Part shown: positions 9,416 through 21,937 of the stretch, piece after piece
How positions within the stretch are numbered: the first letter of the stretch is position 1
How the letters are laid out: every line of letters begins with the position of its first letter
Source of the DNA: Thelocarpon superellum
Lineage: Eukaryota
Direction of reading: 5' to 3'
Length of the DNA stretch: 64,000 bases
Assembly: GCA_026025795.1 (NCBI GenBank)
Contig: JAPEUG010000008.1
Coordinates: forward strand, 1 to 64,000
Notes under the pieces: generated by a model
The model's input: only the letters and a program-made list of their open reading frames with translations
What the model was told of the DNA's origin: nothing
Database searches by the model: none
Position numbers and translations under genes: made by a program

Positions 9416-11462
9416 TCAGCTTGTAGTAAGAAGGCTTAGAAGAGCCTTCTTGATCAGCTGCAGTCTCCTATGGCAAGCTGCCACAGGAGACTGTGTCAGA
9501 CCCCCCCCCCCCACCCCCCCTGATCCACCCAATTGCTGCTGTAGCCACATCCCCCTCTTCCAATTCATCCTCAGCTGCCACTCCACCTGCAACCATTGCC
9601 TTATCCTCAAGGTCCAGTATATCCACAGTTGTAAGGTCATTGAATCAAATAGGTGTATCACACCAGGGTCCAAGCACTTGGTTGTTTGTATAGATATACT
9701 AGAGCATATCCACACACTTTGTATCTAGGCTATTCCAAAGCTTTGTATAGGTGAGGTTCTGTGTCAAAAAGGCACACTCCGAAGGCACCAAGTTCACCAG
9801 TGTTTTGATTAGTCATATGGCAAGGTGAGCCAGTGCAGGTGTCTGGCTCCAGCACATCTGCTAGAACAGCCAGGGCTTCTACTGGTCTTTCCAGCAGTTG
9901 GAGTCTGTACAGAAGGTGTCCTCCTGGTACTGGAAGGAGAGGAACTAGCCTCAGATATCATTGTATTGGTCAGGATCCACATATTGCTAGAAGATGTCAA
10001 GCACTTGGTTTTGTTGCTTCAAGTCAAGAGGTTGTGATATCAAGGCTGGATCCATAGCATAGGCAGCCTAGTAGAGAGGTTGGACCTGCTTCTTGAATTG
10101 AAGAGGCTACAAGGAATCCAGGAATTGACAGAGGTGAGGCTAGAGGACAATGCTCAACCAGTTGACTGTTGTCTAGAGGTGTTCCTCAATTGACAGCCAG
10201 CAAGGAACAACATTGTGGAGATAGGCTTGTTCACCTTTAGAGCAGACCTATGCAATGTGGATGGGGTGGAGGATGACCTGCAAGTCATCCAATATGCCCT
10301 AGAACAGTGGATCAACAATTGTTGAGTGCATGATGTTGTTGATCTTTGACACAGGATCTACAGCAAAGTCCTTCAACACCTGGCGATTCTTGTTAAGGCT
10401 CTTGATCATCTGTATCTGCAAGCCCCAACAAGTGACAACAGAAGCTAGTAGCGCTTGTTGTTTTCTATAGAGGAGGACCTGCTTCTTGCAAAGAAGCTTG
10501 TATTGCTGTAGGGTGTAGTAGAGGGTAGCAACTATCACAGAGGCACAGTAGTGGATCGAACAGAGGAAGGGGAGTTCTAGAAGATCTTTAATTAGCAGCT
10601 ACAACCTATAGCTATCACAGGGAACAAAGAAGATGTAATGTAGATCCTTGCAAGATCTGAGCAATCTCCAGATCTTCCACATAAGGCCACATGTATCTGT
10701 AGCCATTGAATTGACTTGATCAAGTCTCCTGTTTGTAATGTGTTGTAGTTTGTTGTGAAGCCACAAGGCATAGTTGGTTGTGTCTATCTTCTTTGCACTG
10801 ATTGCCTCTGATTTCAGGTAGTAGACTCTGCCTGGTGTATGCAGGCAGAGGTTGACAATCTGTTGGAAGTGGACATTGGTCGACTTGTCTATAACAAAGT
10901 TGAGTAGGTCCACTGTCTGGATGTGCTTGTCAACTCACAGCTTTGTCTTGTTGTAGCATTGATCTAGGAGTCATGTTGAAAGTGTGTGCTGGTCTGGAGG
11001 GTTGTAAGCTGCATTGAGGGCTGTCAAGAAGGTCTGCATGCTGGGCTTGTGATATAGGGCAAAGGGGCATGCACCACAGTAGACAGCTATTGCTACAAGA
11101 CAATCCAGACACTGTTTTGTGGTAGGGGAAATCAATTGAACCACTAGGCATGGCTGTTGTCCCATAGTATGCACTGCTTCCTCTGTAATGTCATTCTGTA
11201 CCTCCTTCTGGGCCATTGCTTGGAGGTAGGCACCACAGCTCTCTAGGTGATGTTGTTGACAATCTGTATTCTAAGCCAGCGAATAGGGGCAGAATTTGCA
11301 TTTGATGCACAAGCACTATTTCACCTGATTAGTGTACTGTAACAGGGCTCAGGAAGACCTCACCTTATCACTAGGAACTTGTAGGATAACTGAGAATTTG
11401 TTAGAGACATCAGTTGTGTGTGGACAGCCCATAGTGGCTTGGAATATTATAGGAATAGTCAT
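9416..11462 (-). pseudogene. hAT transposase pseudogene
   Basis: BED-finger remnant IKCKFCPY...HHLESC (~11230-11310); DUF659-like FVIDKSTN...IVNL (10599-10913); dimerisation-domain remnant LIKTLVNLVPSECAF (~9760-9815, resembling ANSVPSERAF); many stops. Boundaries approximate. Confidence 0.85.
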
Positions 11463-11989
11463 GGTGTTGAGGTCAGGAAGCTTGCTGCTTCAACCCAAGC
11501 ATAAGAGCCTAACCATAAGTAGTAACTGACTAGCCAAATAGAGCTAGATATCACATGATCTTGGCCAAGTAAAATACTGCTAAAATAGGTTTATTACTAC
11601 ACTAGTGGTTTAATACCACAGGCCCGAGTAAATTACGGTAATTTACCAGCACTAGTACCTACATTTGACGTTCGGCCATCCCGAGCAAGGACTCTGCCGC
11701 TAGACAGCACTGGCGAACCTGCCGGATCAGTCAAGCGTTCAGCACCAAGGGCCTGCAAGCATCTTGCGTTCGGACAGACCGACCGTCGAGCTCCCAGCAT
11801 GAGTTCCCTGCCAAGGGTCGATGAGAGTTGAGTACAAGTTCTTGGACAAGGACCACCGATGAAGGATGAGATAACGAAAAGTAGACAAGCTGGTTTGGGT
11901 TAGAGGTACGTGTACTCAGAAGTTGGGGAGACGACGGACGAGTAGAGATGGATCAGGCAAAGATGGCGCCGCTGTGCCGCGCCCCCCTT

Positions 11990-12163
11990 TGTCACGATGT
12001 ATGACGTCAATGACGTCACGTGACGTCAGTCACGTGGTACACCACGTACCATACATATCGCAGAATTCCCCACGTAGCTAGAATCAAGCAATCAGACAAA
12101 TACACAAGGACATTAGCCCTAAAAGAACGTCACAGACGTGACGATCGTTGCGGAGCCATGACA
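11990..12163 (+). mobile_element. Solo LTR of the same Ty3/Gypsy family, opposite orientation to the full-length copy
   Basis: TGTCACG...CCATGACA is the reverse complement of the LTRs at 565 and 8753 with some divergence; 5-bp TSD CCCTT at 11985-11989 and 12164-12168. Confidence 0.95.
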
Positions 12164-13241
12164 CCCTTCGCTTCCGCCCGCCTTTTCTCCGACCCGTCTC
12201 TCAGAGGTCGAGATGATCAAGCCCGCCCGGGTGGATTGGCCAGCACCCGTCTCCGCGTGGCCCAACCGGGAGAGGTGCCATTCGAACAGTCTCAGCCGTC
12301 AGCCACCTTCACGCCAGTGATACAGACGGGACGGGTGGCAGAAAAACGTGGCTCCCACTTTTCCTCCACGCCCCTCTTCTCGCTTCACCACCTTTGCTGG
12401 GCCTCCCCCACACGCCACATCACACGCGATGGGCAGGGAACGCTGCATATCTCCTTATGAAAATTTGGCCACGCCCAATCTGCACGTACGAATAGCCGGC
12501 ACGATCAGAGCTAAAGCCCGAACTGTATTGCCGCTCGAGTGGCCCCACAACCGTCGTGGCCAGGTCCCCTCGCCTTCTCACCCTCGCGCCCCCGATGAAG
12601 CGCCGCGGCGCTGAAGATGAAGCGGACCAGGCGCTGGGACCGTGCCATCGCGCCACCCAGCCGACCGCTGTCATCTGGGGACGGCCTCGCGTCCACCACG
12701 CTGGCCCTCGCCCGAGCGCCTGTTAGCCAACAGTCCGACCAAGGCCCCTAGGCTCCTAGCCCTCGCATAGCGTTCGAGCGGACTTAGGGTAGCGGCTTAG
12801 TGGAAGCTCTCCCCATCGGTCGCCATCCCCGGAAGAGGGCCACCAGCACTACGAGGGCCAGACTACCGCGTCCCCTCTTGCCGTGGCTGCATTAGTTGTG
12901 CAAGGCGGGCTCACCAGCACATCAGTCCACATTACGATGGGCGGGGGGTGCCGTCTTTCGTTTTGAGGCGACTCGGTAGTAGTCTTCCTTCTCGTACCGT
13001 CCCCTGCCTTGCGCCTTGACCACCTGCCAAACCATTTCCCTCCCTTTTGCCCCAGGAGTAGTCTGGCCCGGGGCACGATAAGCAGCGCGAGACGGCTACG
13101 CCTACTTCGGTCACCACCCTTTCTCGAGAGCGCTACGCCAGACGTCCCACGTCCGTGACAGTTCTTCTGGCCCGTCAGGTTCAATCGTCGCATGTTACCT
13201 TCGTCCTTCTCGTCGAATTCGACGACGCCTGACGCTCCGGT

Positions 13242-14654
13242 ATGGCTCCCCACGACACGACTGCCTTGATCGCGCGCAAGGTCGAGGTGACGGCGAACGA
13301 CCGCGGCCCCTTGGTGAACACGGCGTCATGGATATCCATGATTATCATGTGTCTCGCCGTCCTGACCCGTCTGGGGAGCAAGTACATCATCACTCGCGGC
13401 TTTGGGCGTGATGACCTCTTCATCACCGCGGCCATGGTAAGAGACGAGACGACGGCGCAGGACACGAGAGGAAAACCCTGGCTGACACTCGACTGGTAGC
13501 TACTCGCCGTTGGCCAGACTGTAGCTGTCTCCGTCCAGGTCATGGACGGACTCGGACGACACCTGAATACCCTGAGCCCCGAGAGCGCCACTGCATACCA
13601 GCAAGTACGTCGCTCGATGCCCACAGTCCCGCAACGTCGTCAACCTACTGACGCGTACGCGCTCGTCACAGTCCGGATACGCAGCGGAGCTGCTCTTTGT
13701 GCCTGTCCTGGCCCTGGCGAAGCTCTCCCTCATCATTTACTTGTTCCAGCTCACCCCCCAGCGAACGTACCACAAGGCCAATCGCGTCGTCATGTGGACC
13801 GTAGTCGTGTGGGGCGTGATCTCCTTCTTCGTGGTGGCGTTTCAATGCAAGGCCCCTCAAACCTGGGCCATCATCGGCCGTCAATGTTTTGACCAGGTTC
13901 GTTTGACTCCGGCCCCGATGACACTCCTTACGACATCGCTGACCCCCATGACAGACGGCCTTTTGGGGCTGGTTCGGAGCGCTGGATATGGTGACCGAGA
14001 TTGCCATCGTTGCCCTGCCGACGGTCATCGTCTCACAACTGCAGATGGATCGTGGCCGGAAGATCGTGGTCATCGGAGCCTTTGCCTCGCGTCTCGCGTG
14101 AGTGGTGAACTTCCGGGGAGGCATAAGCAGCGTCGCTGACCTTCTCCAGCATGCTTCCCATAATCGTCCTCCGCCTGGTGTATATCGGTCGGGCGGCTTA
14201 CTCGCCCGACCACACCTTTGACGACTTCAACGCGGCCATCGTCACGCAGGTCGACATGAATATGTCTATTTTCGTCTCGTGCATTCTCTACCTCAAGCCT
14301 TTCTTCGAGAACTTGCCGGCGGATTGTTTGCGCACCTCGGAATTCCGACATCGGGACACCTTCGGCACCAAGGGCTCTATGGGGGCCAGCTTCCATCTCG
14401 GCTCGAGGGCGCAGCGCGAGAACGACACGTATGGCAACGGACACACTCCGATTGGTAAGGAGGTCGACGCACGCACGAACGAGATCACGAGCCACGCCAC
14501 CGTCATGACCTTCCCACAACCCGGCCGGGCCGATGGGGATGAGTCCGAATCACGCACGAGCACCGGCTCCGACAAGATGATCATCAAGCAAACCAAGGGT
14601 TGGTCCATTCAGTATGACGAGGAGCAGGAGAAGAAGGATGCGCAGAAGGCCTGA
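13242..14654 (+). CDS. Pth11-like (rhodopsin-domain) integral membrane protein without CFEM domain; spliced
   Basis: Exons join to give FGRDDLFI...GLGRH...LAKLSLI...FQC...W...LKPF with several hydrophobic helices; GT-AG introns with CTGAC branch sites (first intron 13437-13499). Confidence 0.85.
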
Positions 14655-16638
14655 GCGGACCGCGCCTGCCCGCATTCCCTGCACGGGGTGCGGCGGTTTA
14701 GGGACTGAGAGGGGGCGAAGCGCAGGCTGGGCCCTTCCCAAAATCGGATCGGCGCTATTTTCTCTTTTCTCTTTTCCTTTTCCTTTTCCTTTTCCTCTTC
14801 CTTCTTCTCCCCATTGAGGGATCGGGGATGGGGGCAGGGGCTGGGGTGGGACCAGTATTACGGTGTGGCAATGGACTCTGGGGGCTTGATTGAGGGTGAG
14901 TGACGTACGTGGCCGGTCCTGCGGTTCTTTAGGGCATGACATTTTCACACGAATTCCGTATACTTGAGCTTTTGAATCACGCTAGATATGACCTGTTGTC
15001 AGAGACTCGGGACGGCCGAATACGTGGAGGTTGGACGAGCAATCACGATAATAGCTCAGTTTTCCCTTGCGGGCCGCACGATCAAGGCATGGCAGGATCT
15101 AGGAGAGTCCGGCATTATTGGATCGGATGGGTTGCCGGCGGAGACTTCGGCCTCCGCAAAACCTGCGTTTGGCATTGAAATGGTGACATCTCTTGAGCGC
15201 GGCCTGCCATGTGAGAAGACGATGCACGACGCAGATGAGATTCAATCGAGTCGGCAAGCCCCCTCCCCAGTGTACAAGGAGCAGTCGAAAGCATGTGTGA
15301 TGAGCACAAAAGCACAGCGCCTCATCCTTCGCCAATAACGTCACCCACTCGTTCTTGTCGCGGTGGCTCCTAATTCGCTACCGACAGCTGATTCGCGTGC
15401 TGGGGCTGGTCCGAGTTCCGCAAAAATAGCTCGATTTCATGGTGTCGAGCTTTGGTTGCTGATGGGCGCGTCAGGAGTGAAAAGGTGCGATGATCAGGCC
15501 ACGCGCGATCTCCACGGATCTACGGGTCGACGTCATGGGAGCTGCCGCATTCGAGCTTGAAACTCGATGGAACAGTTGTACGAAGGGCGGCCAAGCTCGG
15601 GCCGCGGCGAGTCATCGCATGCCGCCTGGTTCGAGTCCTGGTAAGTTATCGGGAAGGGAGCATTATCACATCCTCGGCCGGCTCGCTACCTTAGACCTTG
15701 CGATTGTTCGAGTGCGTCCTGTTGCTCGAAGCGTCAACGAGAGGGTTTTACTTCGGCAGTTGCCTCTCTTCGCCCTCCGTCGGTGGGGCTCCTCTTCGCC
15801 CGTGCCCGTGCCAGCGCTATCCATGTGCCGGGCGAACCGGGCTCGTCCCTGCTGTCGACGAGAACCTGTGCCTGCTGGCTCCCATCCCTTCGCACTCGCT
15901 CGTACATCGTGCGTGGCCCGTCAGCTAGCCCCGGCTGGATCGTGCCCTGGAAGCACGCGGAGAACCTTGACACACAATTACTGGACCCCAAACATCTTCC
16001 GGGCCCGTCATTCGCCATGGAGCGACGGAGCAGGCGAACGCGGTTGACATCTGACAGCTGGAAATCCCTTCACGGCTCCTGAGCTGGGCAGAGTGCTTGG
16101 TATTCAGCCTACAGACCACAATGGCACAATCGCAGAGGGCCTGAGCAAGCCCACCTCGGGCGGTGATTGGTGGCTGCCGCCGAGGGGTTGCCTCGCTCGC
16201 CGGACGCCAACGCCAATGCTAACGCGTTCGCATCGTATCTACGCTTCCGCATGCGCCACCATTATGCTCGCGCGGCCAATGAGACCGAGAGCGCGAACCC
16301 AGGACCTGGAGCCCGGGTTTGCTGCAGCTGGCGACGTCTGCGGTTAGACGTGCTCGCTCCAGGATGGTTGTGGAGCACGGTGGGGTACCTAGGCGGGCTC
16401 CTACCGACGCGTATGGCGCCGGTACTGATACACACCCATGTACCCGGGCACGAGTACTCGTGTCTCCGTAACTCTCCGGTTGAGGATCCAAGCACTGCGC
16501 GGCCTAGGTCAGTTTCGGGACGCTCTGAATCAAAAAGGTACGAGGACAGGCACGGATGATCCGGCCCTCTCCCTCCCGGCGCCCTTCGGACACCACGGCG
16601 GAAGGGGTCGCCAGCCATACCGGCGCTGATGGTTGCAA

Positions 16639-16836
16639 TGGTAGTGGTAGTGGTAGTGGTAGTGGAGTGGTAGTGGTAGTGGTAGTGGTAGTGGTAGTGG
16701 TAGTGGTAGTGGTAGTGGTAGTGGATTTGGTGGTAGTAGTGGTGGTGGTGGTAGTGGCGGTGGTAGTGACGGCAGGCGAATTGCAATTGTAGCAGCGGTA
16801 GCAGCAGTAGCAGCAGTAGTAGCAGCAGCGGTAGTG
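16639..16836. repeat. Compound microsatellite (GGTAGT)n/(GTG)n/(GCA,GTA)n
   Basis: Directly visible low-complexity tract. Confidence 0.95.
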
Positions 16837-17876
16837 CACTTAGCAGTCGTAGGGTGGTCTCGCACGGCGTGTAGTGCCTCATCGCTCGACTCCCCAACAC
16901 GGTTTAGGACGGGGAGACAATCTGACGCAGCCGGATCAAGCTGACCCTCGTCGGACGAGCCATCGCCCTCTCTCTCACCGGCGGCCTACCCATTTCGATG
17001 GTGGTGTGGGTGTCGGGCTAGACTCTTCGCACCTGCGATGCGCCTGTAGACTGTCGTCACGCTCGCCATCCCACTGCCCGTCGCCCGCCGCCCGTTACCC
17101 GTTGCCCGAATGCCCGTTTACTCGATTGCTCACTCCACGGTGTAAATCCCTACCGGGCGAGGAAAAGTAACTTTTGTCAACGTTTGTTCGCCTCCACCAA
17201 TCCGAGGGCAGAGAAATCCAAAGATCCGCTCGACTTTTGCTTCCACGCAATCCTGGGCCCCCCCATCTCCTTCCTGTCCCGGGTCAGTGATGCATTGCGC
17301 TTCCTCCGCGTGATACGAAGCCCCTCGCCTTGCGATCCGGCCCCGCGCACCGTAGACCTTGTGCAGCTTCGATATTGAGACAATTCGGAAGTGCGGCGCA
17401 TTTCTCTCCCAGCGTCGGAGGCTTCAACCAGCCTGGCACGGCGACGCCCTCCAACCCCCACCCCTCCCTTCCTACCCTCGCTCCCGGCACTCGGGTCTAC
17501 TTTATCCCCTCGTGGGATTCTTCCCACGCTTGCCTTGGCATTGAGTCCCGAGAGAGAGCGAAGTCTCTTGGGCTGAATCGGGAGCTAGCCAGCCCTATGC
17601 CATCACCACGCTCCTAATCTACGTAAGTTCATGCCCTGAAATCTCGCTCGGTCCCCCACAAGTTGATGCAGATTGCGGCGTGATTGGCGTTTGACATCAC
17701 CAGCAGCATCCTTTTTAGGTATATGATCCATAAACACCTCCCACGCACCGTGCCCGATTCGCGTCAGCCGATCCTCACCACACCATCACCACCGTCGCCC
17801 GACCATCTTACTCCCCGTTCATGATCCCCTCGTCCACCACACTTCGGCAACGCTCCGGAGCATCACTGCCTTTGAG

Positions 17877-18880
17877 ATGCAGCAAAGGTGGGACCTCTAT
17901 TGTGATGGACTCACGATGAATCATGCGACTGACACGGCGGCCAGAAGAGAGTCTAACATCGTGGTCCTTGGGGCAGGTGAGTGACACACCCTCGGCGAAG
18001 GGTCACGTCGGCCAAGACGCTGACGTGGCCGTAGGTGGAGTCGGAAAAAGTTGCCTCACCGGTATGTGACCGCTGCCGTCCATCGTCCGGCTCTCGAGCT
18101 TCCCAGCTAAGCCCAGCTGGCAGCACAATTTGTCCAAAACGTTTGGATAGAGAGCTATGACCCCACCATCGAAGACTCGTATCGGAAGCAGATTGAGGTG
18201 GATGTATGCCATGCAATCTCTACGCCGGTGTCGTGCGGGGCTAACCTGTTGCAGGGGAGACAATGCATTCTGGAGATGTGGGCAACTCTCATGTCTTGAC
18301 GTGTGAAGCAGTGCTGATTAGCTGGAAGATTGGATACTGCCGGAACGGAACAATTCAGTAAGCCCCTGTGCTCGATGGTGAAGGGCGGCCGCTGACGTTT
18401 GTCCAGCTGCGATGCGGTACATTAGCTCCCCACAGCCGGTCGAAGATGCGCTGATGCACAAGCAGAGAACTCTACATGAAGACAGGCCAGGGCTTCCTGC
18501 TGGTCTTTTCCATCACGAGTCTCAGCAGCCTACATGAGCTCTCGGAGCTGCGAGAACAAATCGTGCGGATCAAGGACGACATCAACATCCCGCTAGTCAT
18601 CGTGGGCAACAAATCGGATCTCGAGGAGGACCGGCGCGTGTCTCGGGCCCAAGCCTTTGCCATCTCCCAGAGTTGGGGTAACGCGCCCTACTACGAGACG
18701 TCGGCTCGGCGCCGAGCCAACGTGGACGAGGTCTTTGAAGATCTCTGCCGCCAGATCATCCGCAAAGACACGGCCTACGCGCAGACGCGCAGTGACCGAG
18801 ACATCACCCAGCCTCGACGCTCACGCACGCAACGCCGTCGCAAACGGAGACGCGACAGCCCGCCTTGTAACATACTATAG
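17877..18880 (+). CDS. RSR1: Ras-family GTPase Rsr1/Bud1 (Rap1-like); 7 coding introns
   Basis: Spliced product [46 protein letters not shown]...[18 protein letters not shown]...GNKSDL...ETSAR, ending in CaaX CNIL; Thr in DTAGTE is characteristic of Rap/Rsr1. Confidence 0.93.
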
Positions 18881-19095
18881 GCATGCCCCAGACGGCGAGG
18901 TTCGGGGCATTTACGACCCTGTCCTGCTTGACATGGATGCGATCTAACGGCTTCATCTCCCACCCCTCCATCTTCCTTCATGGTCACACTACGATTTCTT
19001 TGGCCTCCAAAGTCGTCCTCATCCCCGTCATCATCATGATTCCCTTCTTTTTCCGATTCCATCTTCATTCCACTTTTCATTTACATCAGCATCAG

Positions 19096-19149
<54 letters not shown>
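19096..19149. repeat. (CAT)18 microsatellite downstream of RSR1
   Basis: Directly visible. Confidence 0.95.
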
Positions 19150-19699
19150 TCACTGTCATCGTCATTATCTGAGCGAGAGCAAAGGCAAATGCAAAGGCAA
19201 AGGCAAGGGCAAGGGCAAGGGTTCAGGGCAAGGGCGTTGGCGAGGGGCATAGGCGACAGGGCATTTGGAGTGTTCGTGCGTGCGTGCGCGCGGGCGTAGG
19301 TGTGGATATGGATGAAATGGACATGAGCATGGATGGATATGAGCGAGGGCGAAGACGAGAACGACGCCGGAGGCGAGGGGCAGGGCGAGGGCGAAAGGCG
19401 GAGCGAAAGGGAGAAATTCTTAGATAGCGTCATGGGCACAAAGAATCGGCGTGGCGCGTCTTGTTTATTCGTCTCTCCACCCATCGATCCATTCATCCTT
19501 CCATCCATCCATCCATCCATCGAATGGTAGAGGGAAAAGAGGAACCGACCGTATACACAGCTAGGAAGGGGCCCTGCTTGGACTATTTCTGGCCTTTATG
19601 ACACTTACGTACACTTTTACAACCAACCAAGCAGCTACACAGCACCGGCGAAGACATCATCACACCCCATCACATCCCATCACATCCCATCACATCCCA

Positions 19700-21937
19700 T
19701 CACATCCTGAATATGCCAAACCTCGTTGGCTTCCCCCCACTTCCACTTCCACTTCCACCCGCGCTTCCAAAGGCAGGGAATGCATGTGCGCCAAGAGCAG
19801 CATGGAGTCCACGACCAAGCACATAGCGCGTGTGGGCAGGATGAATGACGCCGTCGTCCCAGAGGCGCGCGGAGCCGTACAGCGCCGTGCTCTGCTCTTC
19901 GATCTTGCCTTTGAGATCGACATTGGGTCGCGAAGGAGACGCGGATGGCTCCCCTGGCCCGATCGCGCTCCCGGTCTCGGTGCTTGGTGGTGGCGGCGGT
20001 GGTGGTGCAGACTTGCCCACGCTCGCCATCACTGCTGCTAGCTGCTCTGGTCCCATCACGCTCGTGCGTGCTGACGGCCAGGTCCAGAGGAAACGGGGCG
20101 AGTAGGCCCGTCCGCTGCGCCCGTACGTTATTTTGTGATTTGCAAAGAGAGAAAGAGATGGAGGTCCTTAAAGAGTGCCTGGTTCACTTACCACATGCCG
20201 TAATTGCCGGCTCCTGCGCTCGCGCCAAAGACGACGGTGAACTTGGGCACCTCGGCACAGGCCACTGCCGTCACCAGTTTGGCCCCGTTCTTCGCGATCC
20301 CGCCCTTCTCTGCATCTTGTCCTACCATGAAGCCGCTGTCATGTGTCAGTGGAGTGAAGAAAGGGACGGAAGGGCGGAGCCGGCCGAACCTGATGTTCTG
20401 GAGGAATACCAAAGGGATATTCCGTTGCGTGCAGAGTTGGATGAAGTGGGCCCCTTTGAGCGACGATTCGGAGAAGAGAATCCCGTTGTTGGCGATGATT
20501 CCCACTTGTTGTCCATAGATTCGCGCAAAGCCTAGAGTTGACATCAGTTGAGCATCATCGGAATTGATTCGCAAAGGAGCATGACACGTACCCGTCACCA
20601 AAGTGCTGCCATAGTCTCTCTTGAATTCCGCAAACTCGCTCCCGTCCACAATCCGAGCAATGATCTCGTGCGCGGGGATGGCCTTTCGCAGGTTTGTACC
20701 CACGATCCCCCCCAGCTCTTGTGGATCGTAGAGGGGCTCGCGGAAGGCCTTGTTGCTTTGATTGGGCCCCGGCCAATTGAGATTGGCAATGCATCTTCTG
20801 GCCAACACCAACGCATGCGCGTCATCCACCGCCAGATAGTCCGTCACGCCAGACACCGAGCTGTGAAGCCGCCCACCGCCGAGCTCTTCGGCGCTGACCA
20901 CTTCTCCCGTTGCCGCTTTCACCAGAGGTGGTCCCGCCAGAAAAATGTGACCTTGATCCTCCACAATGATCGATTCGTCCGACATTGATGGCACGTAAGC
21001 CCCACCAGCCGTACACGGACCCATGACCACGCTGATCTGCGGGATGCCCACGGAGCTCACTGTCACAAGTCAGTGTCGGAGAAATGGTAAGCTGGCTGAG
21101 ACCGTCGTACTCCGAGCCTGATTGTAAAAGATCCTGCCAAAGTGCTCCTTGTCAGGAAACACATCTGCCTGGTGGGGCAAGTTCGCTCCGCCAGAATCCA
21201 CCAGATAAATGCAAGGGAGCCCTGACACACGTCAGCCTCTCAAATGGAGTGCACTGCAGGTCACCCACGATTCTCTTGCGCAATGGCCTGGGCCCTCAAA
21301 TGCTTCTTGACCGTAAGTGGATAATATGTACCCCCTTTGACCCTAATGCCATGTCTCAGCAGGCATCTCTCTTATAGGATGGGTAGAAGCATACGTGCTA
21401 TCATTAGCGACAATGACACAACTGACGCCTTCCACGCTTCCCACTCCGGTGATGATGCCTGCTGCAGGTACATCTTCTCCGGGGTAGACTTCCTGAGCGG
21501 CCAGGGCTGAGAGCTCGAGGAATGGGGTCCCGGGATCTATCAAAGCGGTGATTCGACTGTCTCGGTCAGCCTCAGCCTGCCCTTGGGGCCCTCGGCGTGA
21601 ACGAGATGACTCACTCTCGTGCGAGCATCTTCTTCCTCGCAATATGCTTGTCCCTCGCCTTCTGTGTGCCGCCAACCGCAATCTTGGCATGGAGCTCTTC
21701 CATGGCTCGAATTGCTTCCTCCATCTGCCCCGCATTCTCCTTGAACTCGGTCGACGAGGGGTCGATCTCGGTGGGGAGAATCGAGATAGCGGCGGACTGA
21801 TGGGCGAGCGGGTGTGTGGCAATGGACCTGTGACCGGTGACGATGTTCCGGCGGGTTCGTGGGAGGCATCTCCATGAGGATGATGTGGCCGCTGCCAGGG
21901 CCGTGAAAACGGCTCTTGATGCCATACGGGCTGTCAT
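19700..21937 (-). CDS. mccB: 3-methylcrotonyl-CoA carboxylase beta (carboxyltransferase) subunit; spliced
   Basis: Motifs [71 protein letters not shown]-terminal FGIFRM; basic mitochondrial-type leader. Confidence 0.95.

Larger units (their letters stand above)
494..11654 (-). mobile_element. hAT-superfamily DNA transposon (degenerate; ~2.8 kb once the nested retroelement is removed)
   Basis: TIR TAGTGCTGGTA at 494-504 and its reverse complement TACCAGCACTA at 11644-11654; identical 8-bp flanks GTACCTAC at 486-493 and 11655-11662 (8-bp TSD is typical of hAT); transposase remnants inside. Confidence 0.93.

Noticed and set aside
1..12168. Starship or other giant cargo element
   Set aside because: No DUF3435 tyrosine-recombinase captain seen; the region is fully explained by hAT + Gypsy + solo LTR with matching TSDs.
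16262..16900. ORFs with poly-HY, poly-T, poly-V or LP repeats
   Set aside because: Artefacts of the microsatellite being open in several frames.
18883..19299. Poly-His ORF
   Set aside because: Produced by the (CAT)18 tract downstream of RSR1; no other coding signal.
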